Shown in pieces: positions 17,501 through 29,500 of a DNA stretch of 64,000 nucleotides. Under the pieces are notes generated by a model. The model was not told the DNA's origin. It worked only from the letters and a program-made list of their open reading frames with translations, and made no database searches. The stretch spans positions 1,783,819 through 1,847,818 of the forward strand of contig NMRA01000015.1 in assembly GCA_002633005.1 (NCBI GenBank). The letters run 5' to 3'. Each line of letters starts with the position of its first letter. Positions within the stretch are counted from its first letter, which is position 1. Position numbers and translations under genes: made by a program. The DNA comes from Phoronis australis. Lineage: Eukaryota; Animalia; Phoronida.

Positions 17501-20500
17501 CTCACCTTTCTGAGAGGAGTGTTGAGCTAGTTGCTCATGGTGCTCATAACCCACAGCAGACTTGTCCACGTGATCTTTCTGTACACCATATTNTGTCGTC
17601 TAGCTTTCTCTTCTTCTGCCCTCTTTCTGGCCTCTTCATCACCAGCTCTGGCAATACTCTCAAACCTGGAAGCCAGACTTTTAGCACCAGATGCACCTGA
17701 AAAAAAAAACCCAGAAGCATTCAGAATAAGATTGCAGAAACCTTTGCTTGTCACACAAACATAAATTACTTCAAAACAGCTCCAGTAGCTGATGATGGTT
17801 CACGAAATCATCAAATTGTGTCAACTCAAAAGAGTTGCTAAACCTGATGGCCAGACTTGTAGCGTCACCCAACCGCAAGTGTCTCATTGGATGGCATGAG
17901 AAGGACATGGTGCCAACATGACTGGATATTTTGCTATCTAAGGTATCACCACAGTTAGCATTACGCCTTTGTGGTATCGCATTGGTTAGGTATCCGCTAA
18001 GCAGGTATTGTCTCGGGTGATGAAACAAAAGAGATGGTCACAGGAAAGACCCCCCCCTCCAACCAAGAGCTTCAAAATCACAGTGGTAGACTGTCATGCA
18101 GCAACCTGGGGTCTGATCACACCGGATATCAGTAGCATCTAGAGGACGAAACGACAATTTTATTTTTGCTCAAAAAGTACCACATCTAATTACATGCACA
18201 GTTGGAAAAGGTCCTTTTCATGAAGTCATAAGTGTTCCCTTATGACTAGCTGTGAAGAAGTACCTCCTGCTACAGCCAGGTGGCGATAAGAGTCACTGGT
18301 ACAAAGAGATCAGATCTCATAACTTGTAGAAAGTCTCCCACAAGCATTTACCCGAGTCAGCCCGAGGTTTCTGGTAGTTAGAGCTAGGACCTTCCATCTC
18401 CTCAAATGTGTGTGCTGCCTGGTCCTGCCTATCCTTTTGCACACCAAACTTTCCACCAAATCCTGAAGAGTAATCTGCAAGAGGATTGATCATTGGTTCA
18501 GTTGCACCAACAACAGAAAAAGGCTGTGAAACAGTCCAATAGCCAAAGAGTTAACAAGTACAAGATGCCAATATCGTGACTAATGAATTAAACATAATAT
18601 GTAGAAATTTGAAGTTCTTTTTGTCCCAAAATGAAACATTTGTTAGTGTTTGAGAGTATGCAAAGGAGCACCTTTTTGAGAGCCGTGCTGTGCCAGCGAT
18701 TCATGGTCGTCATATCCAACAGCGGCCTTATCCACGTGGTCAGACTGTACACCAAATTTACCACCAAATCCGGTCGAGTGATCTGAAACCAAACAATCGT
18801 GCTGAACGTTTTCCAAAGCAGCACATCCATGCCATGAGAAATATGAATCACATGCCACGCTTAATCAGATGAAGAGCACGACCAATACATGTTGACTGTT
18901 CCTTGAGACTAAAACGTACTTTTCTATGAATAAAATATGTTTCTGAGCGCATGAAATTGAATAAAAAATAAGTGAAATATTTCATAAGAAATCAAGTAGC
19001 TCTTTTCCAACAAAATTAATTTAAGTTCAAACTACACTGCCACAATTAGGCACAAATACAATGTGAAATTATTTTGAAGTGCAATCTTAAGTCTGATTGA
19101 AAAAAGCAGTGTTGTGGCTCACACAATTCGATGATCTTTTGTGACAGTGAGTGTGCTTGTGATGCTCAGAGCTCATCTTTCAAGAGGAAATTTGAGCAAG
19201 CTGAGTAGAATGATCATAACTCATCTTTCATATAAGAGTGATGAGCAAACAGCAAGTGATGCTCTTAGTTCATCTTTTTGAGAGATCTGAGCAAACCATG
19301 CAGAATGGTTATCACTTTTTCTGAAAAAAGTGTTGAAGAAAACAGTATACGGTATGGATGTTCACAGCTCATAACTCATCTTTCTGAGGTATTAAGCAAA
19401 CAGCATGTGACAGTCACAGCTCATCCTTCTGAAAAGAGTGTTGAGCAAAATGTCTGTGATGCTCAAAACTCAGCATCCTGAGAGGAGTACTGAGCAATCA
19501 GCACATGAAAATCACAACTCACCTTTCTGAGAGGAGTGTTGAGCTAGTTGCTCATGGTGCTCATAACCCACAGCAGACTTGTCCACGTGATCTTTCTGTA
19601 CACCATATTTTCCTCCAAAACCAGTTGAGTAATCTATAATAAAATTCATGAATATATGATGATAAAACTTCAAGCTTGAGCAAGCCGAAATAAGTTACAT
19701 CAACAACACATCAAGCTCACTTAGAGACGCGCATAACTCATCTTTCTGAGAAAAGCATTGAGCAAACAGCATATGATGCTCATAACTCACCTTTCTGAGA
19801 AGCGTGTTGAGCTAGTTGCTCATGGTGATCATAACTCACAGCAGACTTGTCCACGTGATCTTTCTGTACACCGTATTTTCCTCCAAAACCAGTTGAGTAA
19901 TCTATAATTAAAATGAGGAATATATGACGATAAAATTTCAAACTTGAGCAAATGAAGCTAACTTGCATCAACACCATATCAGGCTTAGTCATAAAACACC
20001 GGATATTTTAGGGGTACTAGAAGGTCAACATGAGAATAGAAACTAGGTCATTGTGTATTCAAGTCATGTCAACTTAGTTCAAGCAATGCAATAATTAACA
20101 GACATCTGCAATCCCAAACAAAAGAAGCTGGCAATAAAATAAGTTTAAATTAAAATATAAATAGTGCGACGTGCTCCCTAAATACCAATCGGTCTGGTCT
20201 GTTTAGAGTAACTATGCAGAACCCATTAAAACACAACTGTGGTAATGTTGACTGCTTTAAGGTCTGTTCATTCCAGGTCGTTGGAAACAAAAGTTGAGTT
20301 TTAACGAGTTCCACAAAAAATATAGCAAAACTCATTAGAAACTCTGCCCATTTCACGGTACCTTTGTCAATAGATTTGTACAAGAACCATGAACAACATC
20401 GGCCCTGGGTATCAAGAACACTGATCCAAGTTGCTTTTGAATGAAGCTGAGCAATCACCGCATTAGCAATGACTACACGCCAACAAAACACAGGCAAAAG

Positions 20501-23500
20501 AATTTCTTGAAGCATGGTAAATATTTGGGATGTGAATCATGATGCCGGACAGAAGACTGCAGCAATGCTTAAGGTTACGTAAGACCTTATTGACAAGTCT
20601 TCATATTTAGCTAAATATCTACAAACTGGTGATTTTAACTCAGAAACAGTAGATATTTCCTGAAAGTAGAAAGCTTGCAGAATTTGATTTTTGACTTGTT
20701 ACCAATCTGCTATTAATTGGGTAATGTGAACATGTGTGAAATTTTAGTAAAAAGAAAACAAGGTACATTGCAGTTGGCAAAAGAGTGGTATCAATAGCAT
20801 TGACCAAATTATTTGACATAAATGTTACAGTTTTTTTTTAAATGACATATTGTTTTTATCTTATCATGATAAAATAATTGCAGACGGTCACGTACACGGT
20901 GTACCATATGTGCGCAGGCAACGTATGTGGGCCCACTGCAATAATCACCTGTAACCATTTCTATGCTTTATTAACGTATCGTTAAAACCAAGCTGAGGAG
21001 TTACAGACCTAACTCAAAGGTCTAAGAGTGTGCCCCAGTGGGACTTGAACCCACGACCTTGAGCAAGAAGTGAAATTATTCCACTAGGTGGCGCTGCCTC
21101 CTTATTGCTTTCATTTTATGCAACTGCTGAGTTCTTTTTCATGAAAATCACATAGGTCCTGTTTCTTGGTCGCCCCTCGTCAAACCATGGAACATTTTAA
21201 AAACAATTCTTAAAAGCATTTTGGAGAACAGCGTATAAAGCGTAGTACCGGAAGTTTAATCTGAATCCAATCCGCTAATTATGAGATATGATGTTCTGAC
21301 GTTAGTGAAATTTGGAAATTTTTCTACAACCCTACATAACCTAAACCACGGATTAGATTCATATCCGAATTTGGATACCCTTGTCATCTGGAGTTGATAC
21401 TAAACGGGAGATCTATGTGATGACAACGGCTAGGAACTAAGTGTACTGCAGCATGAAATGAACACGATAACTACAAATTAGAGTGACACCTATTGGTAAG
21501 AATCAAATGTTACCTTTCTGTGAGGCATGCTTGGCCAGCTCTTCCCTGTGGTCATACCCTACAGCAGATTTGTCCACGTGATCCTTCTGTACCCCATACT
21601 TGCCTCCGAAACCCTTGGAATAATCTGTGAAAATCCAGAACAAGCTTTAAACAATGTTAATGAACAGATAAACATATATTAAGTTACATTCACGGTAATG
21701 CGCAGGTTAAGACAAGAGTCTCACAAGCTATCATAAAGACATGGATTGTGGAAAATGAAATAGCGTGTGTGCGAAGGACTATTTCGAATTTTAAAACAAC
21801 CAAGAAAGGAGACAAAGGACTAGTAAACGGAATTTACTTAATACTTAAACAAAGTATCTAGTAGTGGTTGTTAGTTGAAACAAAAATGATAAAAAGCACA
21901 ACAGTTTTGTTCACTTGTACACACTTGTTCAAATAAATGGATATAGGTAAATGATCGACGCATATACTGTGTCTTCAGCAAGTAAACAGAAAAACCATGT
22001 CAAGCTTTTGATCAGTTTTCATACTTTATCAGCAATAATCACTTACAAAGGTTCTGGATTTTGAGAACAAAGTTGTTACTCAGTTGAGGAAACTGTTTTT
22101 CAAAATACAGGTCCCTGTATAAGTGACTGTTACCGCTTAATCAGCAAACAAAATGTACTTTACACAATACACAAAACACAACTCATTATGGTAAATGTCC
22201 AGTTTGGGACACAACATGATGGGGAGGTTCAACTTGATGAAGTCAAATTTCTTGACAAAAATAGATTTTCAGGAAATTTCATATTGTTTTGATCATGGTC
22301 TGCATGGTATGGCCACCATCACATAGCATTTCGTAAAACATTGAGCCTGTGTGCTTATATAGTAAGTCTCTGAATTAAAGATAAGTGGATATTTTAGCAA
22401 TTATTTGTGCCACAAATTGAAGAATTTTACCATAACTTGACATGCAAATCTTAACACAACGGAATACAGACATGACACATGCATTAGATGTCCATCACAG
22501 TGACCATGAAACATGTCATGCAATTATTATCAAGGCCGCTATGTAAATCACACACACACACACTCTTGGATTGTCGAAAGGACTTTTGCCTCTTGATGGC
22601 TTCCGAACGCCTTCAGAGCATGTCGCATGTAATTTACTGTGTGTAATAGAAAGTATAAAACTTGTAAGGTAGAAGTCCTGTGTGTGTGTGTTACCTACAT
22701 ACCCGGCCATTTTGTGTACCATGAAACCTTCAGATAAATTGAGTCAACTACAACAGGATACCACACAGTAACTAAAACATGCCGCATGACTATATCTACA
22801 CAACATTACGTAGCCAGACCATGTCACCGCCAACATTATACAACTTCTAACAGTCTAAGCAACCTAAATGTCAAGGACAATTCCAGAGTGAGATACGCTG
22901 TGAGCAGACGGAATACCAAACAAGCTTATTAATTTTCTAAACATCACCTAATATCGCAAACTATTGTTATGTGGCAGGGATCTGGAGTCGTGATATGGTT
23001 GGGTACTGGGGTCTAATGCCAGTGATAACTTTCACCATCATTGTAGTGAACTGATGTTATGTATGTCAGTGTTAACATAAACAAAATGCAGTTAGAGGCA
23101 CCCACTAGAGACCTCTTTGGGATGAATGTTGAAACAACTTATGTTGATAATCATAACCAAGTGCCGACTTATCCATGTTATCTCTCTGTACGCCGAATTC
23201 TCCACCAAATCCAAGCTTGTAGTCTAAAAGTTTATCCAATTAATTTAATATATTTGACCACGAAGAGCAGGGGGAGATTCGTTCCTAAGCTCTTGTATGT
23301 TTGTGTTCCACAACACGACAATCACAAGTTGATTTGCTAATTTAGCAAAAATGACTTGCACTGTCTTTTGCTTTTTGTACAAAAAAATTTCTGCAGAACA
23401 CAAATTAAAGTACATTTTAGTCATTCACACAATTTGCGTAACAGTCAGCAGAGTCCACAAGATCTTCTCCAGAGCTTAAGAACAGTCAAAACAAAACATC

Positions 23501-26500
23501 TTATTTCACAATTACTGTTTAGCAGATGAGTGTTTATGCTGTCATGGCAACAAAGAGGTCTTGTGATGACACACAAGTCTGCAAATCTCACATTGACAAA
23601 AAAATTTCCAAAAGGTTTAGATCGCTGCAATTCTGAATGAGTTAGGAGTTCACTTAGATGATTTTTGGCACAACTCATTTCTAGATGCAATTCATAATAC
23701 AAAGATTACAGATTAATCAATAAGGCATTGCTTGTCATCAGGAGTATAAGTATATACTTACAGAGAAACATGTATGTCTTGAACACTGGGGAGTTATCGA
23801 ATTTACAGAAAAAATCATTAAAAGAATGAGAAGAAGATCAGATTTTACAGATTTTCATATTTCAGAAACACACTCACTGCTTTCTTCAAGCGTAACAGAA
23901 AGAAATTTACCATGGTAATCAATAAGACTTGCTACCCTAACATAAAACACACAATTACTAGATTAGAACAATTTTGCCAACACAAATGACTACATCGTTG
24001 GTCTCTTACACTTTACATTTACGAGGAAACAGGTATTACCTTTCTGCGACTCGTGTTTCGCCATTTCCCCTTTGTACCCATAACCCTCGGCAGACTTGTC
24101 AACTTTATCCGTCTGGACACCATATTTCCCGCCAAAACCTTTGGAGTAGTCTGAAGACACAAAAGAGAAAGATCAGTTCCAGCTTGAGAGGCGCACACCC
24201 CAATGCAACTTCATTGTGTTTGACTGTCTTCGAGTACCCAGCTCACATACTCCGGATTGTCAAAACTCCTGAGCAAATTGCAAGACATTGTTTGGTTGAT
24301 AAGAGATTTCACGTAAATACAGCTGATAGCGTTAAGATATGTCCACACGCATTAGGATATCAATGTTAGGATAAGAGTTGCCTAACAAATCAAGACCCTT
24401 GGTCGACACTTTTTCCTTATTATGGTAGACTACTCTATTTTAACTGATAATAATAGCAAGTCCAGTTTGTAACCCATGAAGTGCCCAAGACCAAGGCCAT
24501 TTTGTGTAATGCACTGACAATAGATCTCATCACGTGAAGAGACTGAATGCCTGTGGTCAGATTACTCCAGATACTAAAGAAACACTTAATGTGATATCAA
24601 CTACAATACTCTATATTCTATTGTCTAGTGACAAGATTCCACAAAGAAGGTACTCCTATCTTGTCAGACAGTTTGCATATTAATACCACATTATTACCAT
24701 ATTATTACCATGATAGTTAAACACAGTCCTCCTCTCCGTCTTAGATTTTGTTTTCAATATTTGGATTTTTGATGTGTGAGGTTCTAAGTTGGAATTGCTT
24801 ACTGACTGACTCCATGCTATGTAACAGAACACGAGCCACCGTGTCTACGTTCTCACAACAACAAAGTGTCACAGTGGAAGACATTGCATAACTGAGCTTC
24901 GGTATTAATGAGGAATACCCCATGTTACTATTTAGCATTTCTTATAACTCATACAGCACTAAATAGTGCTGGTGCCAAAAAGATACAATTCTGGGTAATA
25001 GTCACAATACAGGGGTCCAGCAGTGTGAGAACCAGTTTTCTCCACTTAGTAACAGGCATCAAATTGGTTCTCTAAATCCAGAACCCTTTAAGTGACTACT
25101 GCCCAATTCCAAACTGTTAATTAAAATGTTACTAAAACACGTACCTTTTTGTGACTCATGCTTCTCCAGCTTAGCTTCATATTCATAACCAACTGCAGAC
25201 TGAAATCAGCAGCAAGGAAAAGTTAACACTTGGTTGCCTTTGCCAGTTCCACTGAATCAACCAGCTCAGACAACCCATTGGTTCTCAATAATAACTTCCG
25301 GCTTACAGCCCAATCGGGAAGTCTTAAATAGCTGAACCGGTGGAACCAACTGAGGTAATCAAGTGCAGCCAATGTTTTGGTTCAACTCCATAACTGCAAA
25401 CCTTACGTATACAAAAAGAATACAGTACTCCCGTTCCTAAGTAAATACAGCATTATGAATAATAAGTACTACCTGAGTCCATGTAATAAGTTAACTACAC
25501 TGAAATACAATGTATTGTTGAAAAATCAAAACACCAAGTTCAGCAACACCTTGTTTTGATATAATTTAATAATAATAACAAGAGCAACGCAGAACGTTGA
25601 AATGCGCCCACAATTGCACCGTATACGGTATCCTTCTAGGGTTGTTTATTGGTACCATAAAGTGGCCAGTAGAGGGCATATATGTAGTATGTTGTACTTT
25701 GCAAAATGGAAAGGCATGGTCATTGTCTCCTCAATAGGCTAGGGTCAAAATGTGAGTGATCTTCATAATACAAGCACATCCTATACATCAGTTGCTTAAA
25801 GCAACACAGAAACATAGAATTAAAAACAAATTTACCAACATACGAGATTAGCACAGCATTAGAATGCCAGAAACAAATTTCTACTTGGAACTTTTCCTTC
25901 ATAGTCACGAAGTTACACAAAGTATACACCTGAAGACCTATGAAAATACAGAGGTCAATGTAAAATACTTAAATTGCCACTAGAGGCATACCGGTAGTCA
26001 GAATCATCATAAAGTCGTCATTGTCCGTTGTCAACATCACATAAACACACTTGCTAAATTTAGTAAAGATCCTGCAAACGGTTTGGGAGATACAGCCATG
26101 GGCGCAAAAAAAACTGACACTAGGAGGCGCCAATCAAAGTCATGGGAAATTCAGCGTCAACCGTCCTCTTAATACTAAGAACATTCATGCCAATTTTCAC
26201 AATCATACTTAGAGTGGTTTGGTTGATAGAGGGGTGGACGCCAAAAAACAGACTCAAAAACAGTAAAAATGGCCACTGGGTGTTGCAAACTAGGTCGAAC
26301 CCATCCGAAAACGGGAAGATAGCGTCATCGCACTAATAGGTGCCTACATACCAAATTTCATGAAAATCCGTTAAGGACTTGTGAAGATACAGAGGTAAAC
26401 GTAAAAAAATAAAATTGCCACGAAGGGGCCACACTGGTAGGCGGATCCGTCCAAAAGTCGTCATCGTCTGTTGTTAACATCATATAAATACACTTATTAA

Positions 26501-29500
26501 ATTTCGTAAAGATCCTGCGAACGGTTTAGGAGATACAGCCATAGGCGCAAAAAAACTGCTACTAGGAGACGCCACAGTAGTCCAAATCGTCTGAAAATCA
26601 TTGTCAGCTGTCTTCTTTATAGTAAGCACATACATGCTAATTTTCACAATCATCCTTTGAGCGGTTTGGTTGATATAGGGGTGGACGCACAAAAACAGAC
26701 TCGAAAACACTAAAAATGGCCACTAGGTGGCGCAAACTATGTCGAATCCATCTGAAAACGGGAGGATAGCATCATCTCACTAATAGGTGCCTACATACCA
26801 AATTTCATGAAAACCCATTCAGGACTTTTGAAGATACAAAGGTAAGCGTAAAAAACTAAAATTGCCACTAGGGGGCACACCGGTAGTTGGATCCGTCAGA
26901 AAGTTCGCGTATACCGTCCCATTCATAAATGGAAAATATGTGCCAAATTTCATAATCGTATGTCAAAGGGTTTTGGAGATAGAGCAGCGGACGACGGACT
27001 GACGCCGCCCGGACGGACAGACGGACGGAGATGACGGCATAATGCGTCCACATATAAATATGTGGGCGCAAAATAATGATAACAACAACAATGAATATAC
27101 CTAGATTCAAAAGACAAGTTGGCATAAACAAAATTTTAAGGATTTCTCATTATTATAAACAGGGCTTAGCATACAGCTACATGAAAAGAATACTGTTATT
27201 GCTATTTTTTCAAAAAAAAAAACAAAACTTCCTCATGCTAGCGATGAGTAATGACATAACAAATATTGTTAGTTTTCAGTGCAAAAACATCATGAGCACT
27301 AGTTAGTGAGAATAGCCAGAGGCTATAAATAACCATCTCATGCAGATTAATAGTCAATGCACGATTCATTAACTGTTCATGTTCAATGTCTGAGTCCCAA
27401 GACACAAAATCCATCAAGATATTAAATGTCTTTTACTTGGTCTACTTATCCTCACATTCCAAAATCTCACCATTTTAAGTACGCAGAAAGAACTTTACAA
27501 CAAACTTCTGAAAGTGTCAAAAGTACCAAGTGACCTCACAAGGTTCACTTTAAATTGTTCTCACCATAATATTATTTGTACAAAATTGTTCTCACCATAA
27601 TATTATTTACACAAAACAGTTGGGAATGACATAACTGCCTGTTAGTTGAGTGACAGAAAATTTGGGGGATAATGTTCCAGTTGCGATCAGTAGCTGAACT
27701 TGTCTTTTTTAAGTAAGGTTTAACTTCTCTAAACTGAAATGCGTACAACTTTGAAATGGGGGAAACATTGAAACTGGCATAATGAAATATCAGATAACTT
27801 CATTATTTCTGAATAAGTACAAATACAAGAGCCAACTGAGGACATTTTACGTCATACCTTTATCCAAAATAAAAAATTGCAGAAATACATCGTATGCCAT
27901 TCTGACACAAATGAACCAACCTTGTCTAAGCGATCCTTCTGCACTCCATACTTGCCACCAAAACCTTTAGCAGCATCCGTCTGGCTAACATGCTTGGCAA
28001 GGGATTCTTTATGTTCGTGACCCACAGCCGACTACAACAGGTGGAAGCAGATCTGGGGTAAGGGACCAATAAAGGGACAGGTAAGGACCTGGCCCCCAGG
28101 TGACCAAAAGGGTGTAAGCATACCTGGTGCATCACGTTTTATCATTGATCTTGGTTCTACGACAAGATGAAGTGGGATCAACAATAGGTTCACAGATGGA
28201 ATAGAGGCAGGAGGACCTTCATGTCTTATTAGTGAGCAGGTATTGATAGTGTTACATAAGACTTGTGACCCTCATACCAGGCGATGACTATAAGTAGTAC
28301 AAAGTAAACTTTGGGTTGCATACCTTATTTTTAATGAGGGACCAACCTTACTACAGTGACTAGTGCACTCACCCAGAGATGACCAAAAATAATGCAAGTA
28401 GGCTTGGAGCCTGTTTTATTATTGTTGTAACTTCACACAGACTGTCTAAAGGGAGACTTATGCCAAAGCCATAAGTTTTGACATTTTAGTGAAATAGGAC
28501 CTGGACTGCAGTTTTATGTCTCACTTCTGATACGTGAGCAGCATCTTCACAATTCTAGAACACATGGCTATTGTGTTCACCCACAAACGATGATTAGAAG
28601 TGTGAGCAGACCTCATTGTCTGGTGTCTTATTGTTGACCAGGAATCAATAATAAGACATAAAGCTTACCCACAAATGACTATAAGGAGAGTAAGCAGACC
28701 TTATTGTTGATCAGGAATCAATCACAAGATATAAAGCTTATCCACCAATGAACATAAGGGGTGTGAGCACACCTTAGGGTCCCGTGTCTTATTGTTGATC
28801 AGGAGCCAATAATAAGACATAAAGCTTTTCCACAAATGACTATAAGGGGTGTAAGCAGACCTTAGCGTCCCATGTCTTCTGGGAGAGCAGGTCCCAAAAC
28901 CAAACACAACAGGAATAGTCAAACAGGTCACATCAACATTGAATGAGGGCTATGGTAGTAATGGGCTGGACATCATGCTCAACATAACAAAACACAGTGT
29001 GTCAATTTTTAGTTAAATTCGTCAAGCTACTGTGAATACCCAAACCCGATTGTGAGCACAGCAGCTACTCAACTAACAAAGACTGCATAACGTTGGTCAT
29101 GACCGTTTGAAATCACGCAATAGGATTTGCCATGCTGTACAAAGCCCAACTACAAAAACAAACAGAACAGCTAACACAAGACGCAAGATAGCATGCCGCT
29201 GTAAACAAACCTACTCTGGTAGTTGGACATCTTAAATGTACACTCCAAAACCAATTTTAAACTTTACAAGACCTTAAGATCTGATTTGTGTTTCAAATGC
29301 TAGTTCTACAGACTTTCAATGAAGTGCAATATTACATAGTGTGATTTCAACCATTATAATATAATTCTTTTGAGCAAACATCAAAACACATCCAACATCA
29401 CAAACCACGGTATTGAATGTGCCAGGAAGTAGTAATATTATATAAAATTTATTCCAAGCAGAGAAGAGAAAGTACAACCTCCATTATCAAATTCTCACAC

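Noticed and set aside
17789-17815. CTGATGA...GAAA hammerhead-like core
   Set aside because: Stem II cannot close (T opposite C), there are no stems I/III, and the other haplotype copy lacks GAAA.
17594-18782. Second set of cortactin exons as a real paralog or extra repeats
   Set aside because: Both copies break mid-exon at the single N. Haplotype overlap is the simpler explanation.
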